In this document: positions 26,687 through 36,135 of the stretch, piece after piece | Layout of the letters: every line of letters starts with the position of its first letter | Position numbering within the stretch: the stretch's first letter is position 1 | From: an uncultured Treponema sp. | Lineage (GTDB): Bacteria > Spirochaetota > Spirochaetia > Treponematales > Treponemataceae | NCBI GenBank assembly: GCA_937902125.1 | Contig: CALDIB010000032.1 | Span: 9,486 to 73,485 of the forward strand | Reading direction: 5' to 3' | Length of the DNA: 64,000 bases | The notes under the pieces: model-generated | Told to the model about the DNA's origin: nothing | What the model saw: the letters and a program-made list of their open reading frames with translations, nothing else | The model's database searches: none | Translations under genes and position numbers: made by a program

Positions 26687-26715
26687 ATTTTAAGGCGCGC
26701 GGCGGCCTTTGTCAA
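26687..26715 (-). promoter_or_regulatory. sigma70-like promoter, leaderless geometry (DUF456 gene)
   Basis: Minus strand reads TTGACA(26715-26710)-17 nt-TAAAAT(26692-26687)-8 nt-ATG(26678). Confidence 0.6.
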
Positions 26716-26774
26716 TTTTTTGTTCCTTTTTCCCTTGACTAAAATTTAATTATGCATTAGTTTGACATCTCCGT

Positions 26775-28154
26775 ATGGAATTCATAATGGAAAACACATT
26801 GGACGAGCGGCAGGAAAGGCGCTCATTTTATAAATCCCTTTGGACAATAGTAACCCCCATCGCCTTGCAAAACCTTTTGGGCGCGGCGGTTGGTTCGGCG
26901 GACGTAATCATGCTGGGCCATGTGGGACAGACTGCGATAGCGGCCGCGTCTCTGGCAAACTACGTTCAAATGGTGATGTTTCTTTTTTACATCGGCCTTT
27001 CGTCGGGCGTGGTCATGATTGCCGCTCAGTATTGGGGAAAAGGCGACACTCATTCAATCGAAACGATTTTTGGAATCGGAACAAAACTTTCAGGCCTTGT
27101 GGGCGCCATCTTTGGCTTGGCCGCCTTTTTCTTTCCCCGCCTGCTGATGAAAATTTTCACGGACGACGAGGCCCTAATCGCTTCCGGCGGCGAATACCTT
27201 CACATTGTCGGCGTTTCGTATTTTTTGCTTTCCTTTTCGCAAATAATCCAGGCCACGCTAAAAAGCATTGAGCGGACTCAAGTTGTGACGGCCATAACCA
27301 CGGCGGCGCTTTTGCTGAACATTTTGGGAAACGCGATTTTTATTTTTGGCTTGTTCGGCGCTCCAAAAATGGGAATCAAGGGCGTTGCGCTGGCAACTTG
27401 CATTTCTCGCGTCGCGGAACTTGCCCTTTCTGTGGCGGTCATTTCCCGCGTCAAGGAATTGAATGTGGGCGTGGAATGCCTTTTTAGAAAGAACGGAATT
27501 TTGTTCAAAGACTTTGTCCGCTATTCCCTTCCTGCAATCGGAAACGAAGTTGTTTGGGGCGCGGGCTTCGCGACTTACGCCGTCATTATGGGACACCTTG
27601 GCGCGGATTTGGTCGCCGCAAATTCATTGGTCAATGTTTTGCGAAACTTGGCGACAATCGTTTGTTTTGGAATGGCATACGGCGGCGCAATTTTGTTGGG
27701 AAAGCAAATCGGCGGCGGCCAATACGAACTTGCCAAGCGCAGCGCTTCCCGCTTGGTCAAAAGCACGATTTTGGCAGGCTTTGTAGGCGCCTTGGCTTTG
27801 GAAGCCGCCAGACCCCTTTTGTTCAGAATGGCCCATCTTACGCCGGAAGCCACAAGAATGCTTGTTCCCTTAATGCATATAAACGCGCTTTCGATAATTG
27901 GAGCCACAATAAACACTGTTTTGATTTGCGGCGTCTTCCGTTCCGGCGGCGACGCGAAGTTTGGCTTTGTCTTGGACACAATCGCCATGTGGTGCCTTTC
28001 GGTTCCCCTTGGATTGCTGGCCGCCTTTGTCTTTCATTTGCCGCCGGTCTTGGTCTACCTAATTTTGTATTTGGACGAATTTGAAAAGATGCCGGTAAAC
28101 GTAATTCACTACAAAAGCGGAAAGTGGCTTAAAAACATCACCCGCAACTTCTAG
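26775..28154 (+). CDS. MATE-family efflux transporter (paralog 1)
   Basis: 459 aa, 12 TM, N-terminal SLWTIVTPIALQNLLGAAVGSADVIMLGHVG, typical of MATE/NorM. Confidence 0.85.
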   Translation: MEFIMENTLDERQERRSFYKSLWTIVTPIALQNLLGAAVGSADVIMLGHVGQTAIAAASLANYVQMVMFLFYIGLSSGVVMIAAQYWGKGDTHSIETIFGIGTKLSGLVGAIFGLAAFFFPRLLMKIFTDDEALIASGGEYLHIVGVSYFLLSFSQIIQATLKSIERTQVVTAITTAALLLNILGNAIFIFGLFGAPKMGIKGVALATCISRVAELALSVAVISRVKELNVGVECLFRKNGILFKDFVRYSLPAIGNEVVWGAGFATYAVIMGHLGADLVAANSLVNVLRNLATIVCFGMAYGGAILLGKQIGGGQYELAKRSASRLVKSTILAGFVGALALEAARPLLFRMAHLTPEATRMLVPLMHINALSIIGATINTVLICGVFRSGGDAKFGFVLDTIAMWCLSVPLGLLAAFVFHLPPVLVYLILYLDEFEKMPVNVIHYKSGKWLKNITRNF

Positions 28155-28233
28155 CGCTTGCGTGAATGCGCAAAATCCGCTGGCAAGAAAACAGCGCCAA
28201 GGACGGCGCGTTAAGGGCACTGAAAAAAATCCG

Positions 28234-28304
28234 CGAGAATTGAGTTGCGTAAGCGTCTCAATTCTCGACAAGTTCAATTTTGCAAGGACGCAAAATTGAA
28301 CTTG
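28234..28304 (-). terminator. tandem strong hairpins terminating MCP-1 (also closing the convergent MATE gene)
   Basis: A 15-bp perfect stem at 28269-28283/28290-28304 directly abuts the MCP stop. An 11-bp stem at 28234-28244/28257-28267 is followed on the minus strand by T7 (28223-28229). Confidence 0.7.
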
Positions 28305-30419
28305 TTATACCTTAAACTGGTCGATTTCATCGCCGATTTCCGCGATGGTGCTTGTCATTTGCTTGTTCAGCTTGTCAAGGGTGTCTTTTGTCTCGTTGAC
28401 CTGCGCGGCGTTTTCTGTCATGGCCTTAACATTGTCGTTTATTCTCGCTGTGTTCTCTTTTAGAATTTGAACTTCCTTTAGAATAGTTTCGTTTCCTGAT
28501 GTCATCTCTTGGGATGCGGAGCGGACTTCGCTTGTGCTGTCGCTCATTATATGCAGAGCCTCAAGAATTTGCTTGGAGCCTTCTTGCTGTTCGTCCATGG
28601 CGCTTTTGATTTGGCGGGCAAGTTCGTCAGTGGCCTGAATGTTTTCGTAAACCGACTGAAAGGCCTTGCTTGAGTCCGACGAGGAGCTTGAAACTTCCGT
28701 GATTGAGTCCTTGATTTTTGAAAGCTGGGCGCCGATTGTCTTTGACTGCTCGCTTGAAGTTTCGCTAAGCTTTCTAATTTCGTCTGCCACAACGCTGAAT
28801 CCTTTTCCGGCTTCTCCTGCGTGCGCGGCTTCTATGGCGGCGTTCATGGCCAAAAGGTTTGTCTGCTCGGCGATGGCCGCGATGGCGATGTTGGCTTCCT
28901 GAAGCATTTCGGACTCAATTTCAATTTGCTCGATTTTTTCGTTCACCGAATTTTGCTTTGAAATTCCGCTGTTGGCGTTTTCCCGCAAGGTGACAAAAGA
29001 GTTTGAAAGCTTGTCAACGCTTGTGTTCACGCTGGCGATGTTTCCAATCATCTGCTCGACGGCGGCGCTGGCTTGAGTCACTCCGCTGGACTGGTTTTGA
29101 ATCATTTTTTCAAGAGATTCAATGTTGCTTGAAATTTGAGTCACGCCGCTTGAAGTTGACTGGACGCTTTGGTTTTGCGAGTCCACGCTTTCCTGGACAA
29201 TTTGAATGTTCTTTATGATTTCTTCGATGCGGTTTTCGGTTTCCAAAATTCCGGATTCCAAATCGCTGTCCACAGCGGCCAGGCTTTCTTTGGACGTTTT
29301 GATTTTTGAAACGATGTCTTGAAGTTTTGCCACAAAGTCATTGAATCCGTTGACCACTTGGCCGATTTCGTTGTTGGAATTTGTTTGAATGCGTTTTGTA
29401 AGGTCGGCGTTTCCGTTGGCTATGTCTTCGATTGTGGCGACGACGGCGCGCAAGGGCTTGATTGTCACGCTTATCATAAGGGCGACTACAAGCAAAAGAA
29501 TGACGGCCAAGATTACGTTTCCTACAATCAAAACTTTTCTTAGACGGTTGGCGGTGGAATGCAGTTGCTTTATGGGAACGGCAATGGCGATTGACCAAGA
29601 AGTTCCGGGAATGTTTCCGTAGCTGGCGAAAATCTTTTGAACCTTTTCGTCTTCCACAAACGAGGCTTCCTTTGAGCCGCGATTTCCAGAAGTCATGTCT
29701 TTTGCCATATCCTTTGTGGCTTCGTCCATTTCTTCGTCTTCAAGAAAATTCTTTTGCATGACCAAATCGGGATTGGGGTGCGCGATGACAACGCCGTTTC
29801 CGTCCAGCATGAAGCCAAAGCCGCTTTCGCCAATTTTGATTTCGCCAACGAGGTTGGTAAGGTATTCCATTCCGACAACGCCAACGAACATTCCCACAAG
29901 GCTTCCGCTTTGGTTCCGCGCGGCCTTTACGAACATTACGCTGACTTTGCCGGTGGCTTTGGCCACCGTCGGATTGTTGACAACTTGATCGGCTTGGCCG
30001 CTTGCGATTTTTTTGTAGTAGGCGCGGTCGCTGTGGTTTCCCCGCTTGCCGGAATCGTAGTAGGAATTTCCGTCCGCCGCGATGAACAAGACGTAAGAAA
30101 AGCAGTCGGGCCTGCGCGCCGGGGTTGTGGCCAGCCAGTCTCCGATTTCTTCCTGCGACGAGCCGTTAAAAACTACGTCGGCCTTTGTGTAGGCGTCAAG
30201 CTCGTTCATGGTTCCTTCGATGTAGAGGCCTGTGGATTCAATGTAAGAGTCCGCGATTTCAGTGATGTCCGCCACATTTGACTGGACGGTTTGCTCTCTG
30301 ACATCTTTTATGATTACAATGTTTTGAATGATGAATGTAAGCGCCGTTACAAAGGCAATTGTGCTCAATAGAGAAACGAGCATTGTTTTTCTTTTTTTTC
30401 GCGTTTCAACTTTTTTCAT
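28305..30419 (-). CDS. methyl-accepting chemotaxis protein with periplasmic dCache-like sensor (MCP-1)
   Basis: Signalling hairpin [38 protein letters not shown] region, two TM segments. SD AAGGAG upstream. Confidence 0.9.
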   Translation of the reverse strand: MKKVETRKKRKTMLVSLLSTIAFVTALTFIIQNIVIIKDVREQTVQSNVADITEIADSYIESTGLYIEGTMNELDAYTKADVVFNGSSQEEIGDWLATTPARRPDCFSYVLFIAADGNSYYDSGKRGNHSDRAYYKKIASGQADQVVNNPTVAKATGKVSVMFVKAARNQSGSLVGMFVGVVGMEYLTNLVGEIKIGESGFGFMLDGNGVVIAHPNPDLVMQKNFLEDEEMDEATKDMAKDMTSGNRGSKEASFVEDEKVQKIFASYGNIPGTSWSIAIAVPIKQLHSTANRLRKVLIVGNVILAVILLLVVALMISVTIKPLRAVVATIEDIANGNADLTKRIQTNSNNEIGQVVNGFNDFVAKLQDIVSKIKTSKESLAAVDSDLESGILETENRIEEIIKNIQIVQESVDSQNQSVQSTSSGVTQISSNIESLEKMIQNQSSGVTQASAAVEQMIGNIASVNTSVDKLSNSFVTLRENANSGISKQNSVNEKIEQIEIESEMLQEANIAIAAIAEQTNLLAMNAAIEAAHAGEAGKGFSVVADEIRKLSETSSEQSKTIGAQLSKIKDSITEVSSSSSDSSKAFQSVYENIQATDELARQIKSAMDEQQEGSKQILEALHIMSDSTSEVRSASQEMTSGNETILKEVQILKENTARINDNVKAMTENAAQVNETKDTLDKLNKQMTSTIAEIGDEIDQFKV

Positions 30420-30550
30420 AATAAAAACTCCTTATGTTTTTACTTATTCTTAAATTGTATACCCATATATAAAAAAAAGCAAATTTTTTTTATAACCGGC
30501 TCTTCTATAGATTGTTTTTTTTTATGTCGATAATAGACGTGAGGTGAAAA

Positions 30551-31765
30551 ATGAAGTGTAAAATAGCGTTTTGTCTTTTGCTGGCCGCGGGCGGAATTAT
30601 TTTTGCCGAAGGCCATTTGTTTGAATTTAAATATAAAGAAGGAGATTCCTACAGAATTCTTTCCACTGTTCAAGAAGACGTTTTTTTTAACGAAGTGTTC
30701 CATCATCACGCTGAAATCATTAACAGAGTTTCCGTGCGCGTGACTGGAATCGATGAAAGCGGAAGGGGAGTCCATGACGCCGTTTTTATGACTAGTGAAA
30801 ATTCGACTGGCGCTAGAGGCGGAACCTTTAGCTACGGCGAAGATTACAAAAGCGTTTTTAGCCGCGACTCAACAGGAAAATACGATATCTCTGACAAGTA
30901 TTTTATGCCTGTCGTTCGCGACGTTCCAATTTTTCCAAGCGAAGCGATTGAGGTCGGCCGCAAGTGGACGGCGCAAGGACATGAGGCCCACGATTTGCGC
31001 AGAACCTTTGACATTCAAACTCCGTATAAAATTCCATTCAACGCTGAATATGAATTTTTAGGAACTGAGGAAGAGGACGGAAAGACATTCTACAAATTTG
31101 ACGTTCAGTATCAGATGGAATATTCAGTTGATTTGTCAAAATATGATTTTAGCCGAGGAGAAGTTCCTGAGGCGACCAGAGGCTATTCCCACCAAACGGT
31201 TTATTGGGACATCGAAAAAGGTTGCATCGACCATTACAACGAGGATTTTAGAATTGAGATTTGGACAAGCTCGGAAAACCTTTTGCGCTTTGAGGGAACG
31301 GCCCGCGCCGAGGTCACGGACTTTACAAGAACCGCGGACGAAAAAAATGTGGCGGCGGTCATGGAAAAAATCAGCGACTTGGGAATTGACGATGTCAGCG
31401 TCACCGCCGGAGAAAAGGGCTTGACCTTGAGCATCGAAAACATTCAGTTTTTGCCGGACAGCGACATTTTGATGCAAAGCGAAAAAGCCAAGCTGGACAA
31501 AATCGCGCAAATTCTCAACGCCTATCCTGACAACGATTTGCTTGTTACCGGCCACACGGCTTTGCGGGGAACAAGGCAAAGCCGCCAAAAGCTGAGCGAA
31601 GAGCGCGCCCAAGCGGTTGCCAACTATTTGATTGGCATAAAAGCCAGAGACAAGTATCATGTCTTTACAAAGGGTATGGGCGGCGACGCTCCCATAGCCG
31701 ACAACAAGACCGAGGTTGGCCGCGCGAAAAACCGCCGCGTGGAAATTACGATTATGGACAAGTAG
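30551..31765 (+). CDS. OmpA-domain protein with signal peptide
   Basis: C-terminal OmpA-like domain (LLVTGHTALRGT...ERAQAVANYL...GRAKNRRVEITIM). Signal peptide MKCKIAFCLLLAAGGIIFA. Confidence 0.8.
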   Translation: MKCKIAFCLLLAAGGIIFAEGHLFEFKYKEGDSYRILSTVQEDVFFNEVFHHHAEIINRVSVRVTGIDESGRGVHDAVFMTSENSTGARGGTFSYGEDYKSVFSRDSTGKYDISDKYFMPVVRDVPIFPSEAIEVGRKWTAQGHEAHDLRRTFDIQTPYKIPFNAEYEFLGTEEEDGKTFYKFDVQYQMEYSVDLSKYDFSRGEVPEATRGYSHQTVYWDIEKGCIDHYNEDFRIEIWTSSENLLRFEGTARAEVTDFTRTADEKNVAAVMEKISDLGIDDVSVTAGEKGLTLSIENIQFLPDSDILMQSEKAKLDKIAQILNAYPDNDLLVTGHTALRGTRQSRQKLSEERAQAVANYLIGIKARDKYHVFTKGMGGDAPIADNKTEVGRAKNRRVEITIMDK

Positions 31766-31803
31766 CGGCGAGATTTTGCATTGCTTTTTTGCCCGCTTTA
31801 AGA

Positions 31804-31839
31804 GGGAACGGATGGCTCGAACTTCCGTTCCTTTTTTTT
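31804..31839 (+). terminator. intrinsic terminator after the OmpA-domain gene
   Basis: GGGAACGGA...TCCGTTCC stem followed by T8. Confidence 0.75.
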
Positions 31840-31926
31840 GCTCGGCGCTGTTTTTAGATTCGCAAAAAAAATAAAAAAAATTAAAAAAAAAGGCGCAAAA
31901 AACGCTAAAGCGTCCCCATCTTATAT

Positions 31927-33699
31927 GTGATGAAAAAAATAATTGAAGGCCTTGAAAATTTTTTCAAGACAAAAAAAATGGCCCCGTTTTTTTGGCGGCG
32001 GCTTTTTTCTGGGGAAGATTCAAGCGGCCTTGAAGACGAGCTTCCGCCTGAACTTTTGGGAAAAGTTTTTGACGCCGATTTTTCTGAAGCGGACGACGAG
32101 CTTTTGTCCGTGGCAAAAAAAGTTTTTGGCGTCAAATACCTTTATCCTTGGCAGCGCCTTGTAATCGGAAACATTCTTGACGCGGCCGCCGACGCTTCTT
32201 GGCAAGGCTTGGACTCTTTGAAAGCCCAAGACCCCGGCGGCGACATGACGGACGTTTTTTGCATGGGCCGACAAATAGTTTTGCTTCCCACCGGCGCCGG
32301 AAAATCCATGTGCTTTTTGCTTCCCGCCGTAATGCTTTCCGGCCCCACGCTTATTTTTTACCCCCTGCTGGCGCTGATGGCCGACCAAAAGCGCCGCCTT
32401 GAAAGTTCCGGAATTGAATGCGTCGTTTTTAGGGGCGGACAAAGCCAAGAGGAGAGGGAAGAAAATTTTAGGCGTATTGCCGGCGGAGTGAAAATAATCT
32501 TGGCCAATCCGGAAGTTCTGCAAAGCGCGGCCCTTTTGGAACGCCTTAAAGGCGCGAAAATTTCCCATGTGGCCATTGACGAGGCGCACTGCGTTGCCGA
32601 ATGGGGCGACAGTTTTAGGCCGGCCTACTTGACGCTGGGAAAAATCATACAGGATTTGTCGGTTCCCCTTGTGACGGCCTTTACCGCCACCGCCTCGCCT
32701 GGAGTTTTGGAGCGGGTTAGCCAAGTCTTGTTTGGAGGCAGGACTCACATTGTTCGGGGAGAAAGCGACAGGCCCAACATTAGATATTCAGTTCAAATGG
32801 CTTGGGCAAAGAAAAAGGCCGTCTGCCGCTTGGCCGCCGCTGAAGAAAAACCCATGCTTGTGTTTTGCGGAACCCGCGCCAAGTCCGAAGACATGGCGCG
32901 GGAATTGGCCGAATGTCTTGGCCGTGACAAGGTTCGTTTTTACCATGCCGGATTGAGCCGGGACGAAAAGACGGCCGTTGAAAAATGGTTCTTTCCAAAA
33001 AAGGACGCCGTCTTGTGCTGCACTTGCGCCTATGGAATGGGCGTTGACAAAAGCGACATTAGAACGGTGATTCACTTGGAGCCAAGTCCTACAGCGGAAA
33101 GCTACATTCAAGAGGCCGGCCGGGGAGGGCGGGACAAAAAAGTTTCCAAGGCCATTTTGCTTTGGAGCCGCGCCGACTCTTTCGATTGCAATAACATTCC
33201 GTCAAGCAGCCGCGCCTATGTTCTAAAAAAATTTGTGGAAGGCTCCAGTTGCCGCCGCCAAATTTTGCTCGACGCGCTTGGAGGCGAAAAAGCCTTGTGC
33301 TCCGGTTGCGACATTTGCGACGGAAAAAAAGCGGCGGCAAAAAAAGGCCTTGAATGGAAAGCGCCCGCTGTCTTTGACGCGGCGGACGCAAGGCTTGTTC
33401 ACAAGACGGTTAGAAAAAATCAAAATTATTACAGCAAGAACAGGCTTGTGGCTCAGGCGATGAAAAAATTCAACGATATGGACATAAAAACTTTTGGAAG
33501 CAACATTTGGGATTCCAGCGACATAAACGAAATTTTGGAGCAGCTGGAAAAAAGCGGCTCAGTTTACAACGCGGGCCTTTTGTGGAAGGAAAATCTCGCG
33601 GCGGAAAAAGACATCGCTAGTCCTCCTCGCCGCCATCCTCTTTGCCTGCATCCCCGCCGTCTTTTGCCGCGGCTTCCTGCTTTGGGGGTTCGGCCTTAG
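31927..33699 (+). CDS. recQ: RecQ-family ATP-dependent DNA helicase
   Basis: PTGAGKS Walker A, DEAH box VAIDEAHCVAEWGDSFRPAY, IHLEPSPTAESYIQEAGRGGRD, Zn-binding CRRQ...CSGCDIC. No HRDC domain is evident. GTG 31927 or ATG 31930 are possible starts. Confidence 0.85.
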   Translation: MMKKIIEGLENFFKTKKMAPFFWRRLFSGEDSSGLEDELPPELLGKVFDADFSEADDELLSVAKKVFGVKYLYPWQRLVIGNILDAAADASWQGLDSLKAQDPGGDMTDVFCMGRQIVLLPTGAGKSMCFLLPAVMLSGPTLIFYPLLALMADQKRRLESSGIECVVFRGGQSQEEREENFRRIAGGVKIILANPEVLQSAALLERLKGAKISHVAIDEAHCVAEWGDSFRPAYLTLGKIIQDLSVPLVTAFTATASPGVLERVSQVLFGGRTHIVRGESDRPNIRYSVQMAWAKKKAVCRLAAAEEKPMLVFCGTRAKSEDMARELAECLGRDKVRFYHAGLSRDEKTAVEKWFFPKKDAVLCCTCAYGMGVDKSDIRTVIHLEPSPTAESYIQEAGRGGRDKKVSKAILLWSRADSFDCNNIPSSSRAYVLKKFVEGSSCRRQILLDALGGEKALCSGCDICDGKKAAAKKGLEWKAPAVFDAADARLVHKTVRKNQNYYSKNRLVAQAMKKFNDMDIKTFGSNIWDSSDINEILEQLEKSGSVYNAGLLWKENLAAEKDIASPPRRHPLCLHPRRLLPRLPALGVRP

Positions 33700-33853
33700 G
33701 CGCGCGGCGAACTCTTGGACGCGGCGGTTTTTTTACATAGCGGGCCACAAAAAAGACAAAATTTAGGTATAGGATGATTGCCGCCGCTGAAATTATGACG
33801 ATTGGATTTTTTAACACGCCGAGAACCACCGGCATCATAGCCCCTATTTTCAT
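33617..33853 (-). CDS. small membrane protein with basic then acidic C-terminal tail
   Basis: MKIGAMMPVVLGVLKNPIVIISAAAIILYLNFVFFVARYVKKPPRPRVRR...GGEED. Start chosen by GATAAT-6 nt-ATG(33853). The ORF-track start 33934 would cover the purA promoter. Confidence 0.5.
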   Translation of the reverse strand: MKIGAMMPVVLGVLKNPIVIISAAAIILYLNFVFFVARYVKKPPRPRVRRAPKAEPPKQEAAAKDGGDAGKEDGGEED

Positions 33854-33859
33854 GCCTTT

Positions 33860-33889
33860 ATTATCGGCTGAAATTCGCGGCTTGTTGAA
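33860..33889 (-). promoter_or_regulatory. possible promoter, leaderless geometry (small membrane protein)
   Basis: Minus strand reads TTCAAC-18 nt-GATAAT(33865-33860)-6 nt-ATG(33853). The -35 is weak and shares bases with the purA -35. Confidence 0.35.
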
Positions 33890-33913
33890 CAAATTCATTA
33901 TTATCGCTATAAT
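33885..33913 (+). promoter_or_regulatory. purA promoter (leadered)
   Basis: TTGAAC(33885-33890)-17 nt-TATAAT(33908-33913), followed by a ~50-nt leader with a GAGG SD. Confidence 0.55.
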
Positions 33914-33972
33914 CATTTTGCAAGAGCGGCCCAAAGGCGTTTTTGCAAATCTATTTTTTTGAGGCGTAAAAA

Positions 33973-35199
33973 ATGAACGTTGTCGTAATGGGAGCCCAGT
34001 GGGGAGACGAGGGAAAGGGAAAGATTGTGGACTTTTTGGCGCAAGACGCTAAATACGTTGTCCGCTTTGCCGGCGGAGCCAACGCCGGACACACAATCGT
34101 GGTTGACGGAAAAAAATACGCGCTGCACCAAGTTCCGTCTGGAATTTTGTATCCAGAAAAAACTGTTTTTCTTGGCTCCGGAATGGTGATTGACCCTGAG
34201 GCTCTTTTTGCAGAACTAAAAATGCTTGGCGACAACGGCATTAAATGGGAAGGCCGCGTGTTTATTTCTGACCGCGCGCACATCGTTTTGCCCGGCTACC
34301 GCGAAATGGACAAAAAGCGGGACGCGGCCCGCAAGCGCCCAATTGGAACTACAGGCCGGGGAATCGGAACGACTTATTCGCAAAAATCAGAGCGGGATGG
34401 AATCCGTTTGGCCGACCTAGACTGGGACGAAAAAATGGACGACCTTGACCAAGCCGACAAGGATTTCTTGGCGCCATACATGGACAAGCTTTTGTCCATG
34501 CGGGTGAACATCGCCGAAAAAATGTGGGAATATCGCAAGGAAAACATTTTGTTTGAGGGCGCCCAAGGAGCCATGCTGGACATTGACAGCGGAACTTATC
34601 CTTACGTTTCAAGCGGAGCCTCTTGTTCCGCCGGAGCGTCAACAGGCTCTGGAATCGGCCCCCGCTCATTGGACAGAATTTTCGGAGTTTTCAAAGCCTA
34701 CGAAACTCGCGTCGGAAACGGCCCTATGCCCAGCGAATTCAACAACGAAAGCGAAGGCGAGCTTTGCGATTACGTCCGCAAGACTGGAAACGAATTTGGC
34801 GTTACAACCGGCCGTCCCCGCCGCTGCGGATACCTTGACTTGGTGGCGCTCCGCTACGCCTGCCATGTAAATTCAATCGATTCCCTTGTTTTGACTCACC
34901 TTGACATTTACGACGACATGGACGAAATCGAAGCTTGCGTCGCCTACGACATTGACGGAAAAATCGTGACGGAATTCCCCACAAGCATTCCGGCTTTGAA
35001 CAAGGCCAAGCCCGTTTTGCAAAAGTTTGACGGCTGGAAAAAGGACCTCAAAAAGTGCGGCTCTTATTCCAAAATGCCCAAGAACGCCAAGGCCTACATT
35101 GAATTTATCGAAGACTTTACCAACACGCCTGTGGGAATTGTTTCTGTTGGAAGCGACCGAAACGAAACTTACCTTAGAATCAAGCCCTGGCGCAAGTAA
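33973..35199 (+). CDS. purA: adenylosuccinate synthase
   Basis: MGAQWGDEGKGKIVD P-loop, GTTGRGIG, GVTTGRPRRCG. Confidence 0.95.
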   Translation: MNVVVMGAQWGDEGKGKIVDFLAQDAKYVVRFAGGANAGHTIVVDGKKYALHQVPSGILYPEKTVFLGSGMVIDPEALFAELKMLGDNGIKWEGRVFISDRAHIVLPGYREMDKKRDAARKRPIGTTGRGIGTTYSQKSERDGIRLADLDWDEKMDDLDQADKDFLAPYMDKLLSMRVNIAEKMWEYRKENILFEGAQGAMLDIDSGTYPYVSSGASCSAGASTGSGIGPRSLDRIFGVFKAYETRVGNGPMPSEFNNESEGELCDYVRKTGNEFGVTTGRPRRCGYLDLVALRYACHVNSIDSLVLTHLDIYDDMDEIEACVAYDIDGKIVTEFPTSIPALNKAKPVLQKFDGWKKDLKKCGSYSKMPKNAKAYIEFIEDFTNTPVGIVSVGSDRNETYLRIKPWRK

Positions 35200-35208
35200 C
35201 GCTTTTTT

Positions 35209-36135
35209 ATGACGATTCAGCAAATAAAATATGCCATTGGAATTTCAGAAGCCAAAACTTTCAACAAGGCTGCGGAAAACCTTTATGTTTCCCAGCCTTC
35301 GTTGACGGCGGCCATTCACGACTTGGAAGCGGAATTGGGAATTATGATTTTCAATCGAACTTCCAGGGGCGTGACGCTTACAAGCGAGGGCGAGGAATTT
35401 ATCTTGAACGCCCGCGAGCTTTTTAGTCATTGGGAAAACGTTCTTGAAAAATACGGCGACAACGGAAAGCGTAAAAAAAAGTTCGCCATTTCAACGCAGC
35501 ACTATACTTTTGCCATAAAAAGTTTTGTCGAAGTGGCAAAGAAAATCAACACGGATGAATATGAGCTTGCCGCGCGGGAAACAAAAACTCGCGATGTGAT
35601 TCATGATGTCGCCTCAATGAAAAGCGAGTTGGGCGTTTTGTATTTAAGCGACTTTAACCGAAAGATAATTTCAAATTTGCTTGAGTCAAATGAATTGGAA
35701 TTTAACAAGCTTATTGACTGCCGCGCCTATGTTTACATGTGGAAAAAGCATCCCCTTGCAAAAAAAGAGCAAATAACTTTTGAGGAACTTGAACCCTATC
35801 CCTGCCTTTCTTTTGAGCAGGACGAGGCCAGCGAATTTTATTTTGCCGAGGAAATTTTTTCGGAGCGCAAACACAGGCGAGTCATAAAAGTCAACGACCG
35901 CGGAACCATTCTGAATATGATGGTGGGTCTTAACGGCTACACTCTTTGCTGCGGAATCATTTCGGAAGAATTAAACGGTTCGGACTATGTGGCCGTTCCT
36001 TTTTATGACGAGGCGAAGGAAAACAATCCTGTTATGCAAATTGGTTGGATTAAAAAAAAGAATTTGCGCCTTAGCGAAATTGGACAGCGTTACGTAGACG
36101 AGATGAAAAAATATTTGGCTTCCTACAAAATCTAG
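35209..36135 (+). CDS. LysR-family transcriptional regulator
   Basis: N-terminal HTH MTIQQIKYAIGISEAKTFNKAAENLYVSQPSLTAAIHDLEAELG plus a LysR substrate-binding-length C-terminal part. Confidence 0.85.
   Translation: MTIQQIKYAIGISEAKTFNKAAENLYVSQPSLTAAIHDLEAELGIMIFNRTSRGVTLTSEGEEFILNARELFSHWENVLEKYGDNGKRKKKFAISTQHYTFAIKSFVEVAKKINTDEYELAARETKTRDVIHDVASMKSELGVLYLSDFNRKIISNLLESNELEFNKLIDCRAYVYMWKKHPLAKKEQITFEELEPYPCLSFEQDEASEFYFAEEIFSERKHRRVIKVNDRGTILNMMVGLNGYTLCCGIISEELNGSDYVAVPFYDEAKENNPVMQIGWIKKKNLRLSEIGQRYVDEMKKYLASYKI

Noticed and set aside
28700-28900. DNA similarity between 28700-28900 and 41780-41980, considered as a possible repeat or mobile element.
   Set aside because: This is the conserved signalling hairpin of two MCP paralogs. 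It is in frame in both, so it reflects coding-level conservation only.
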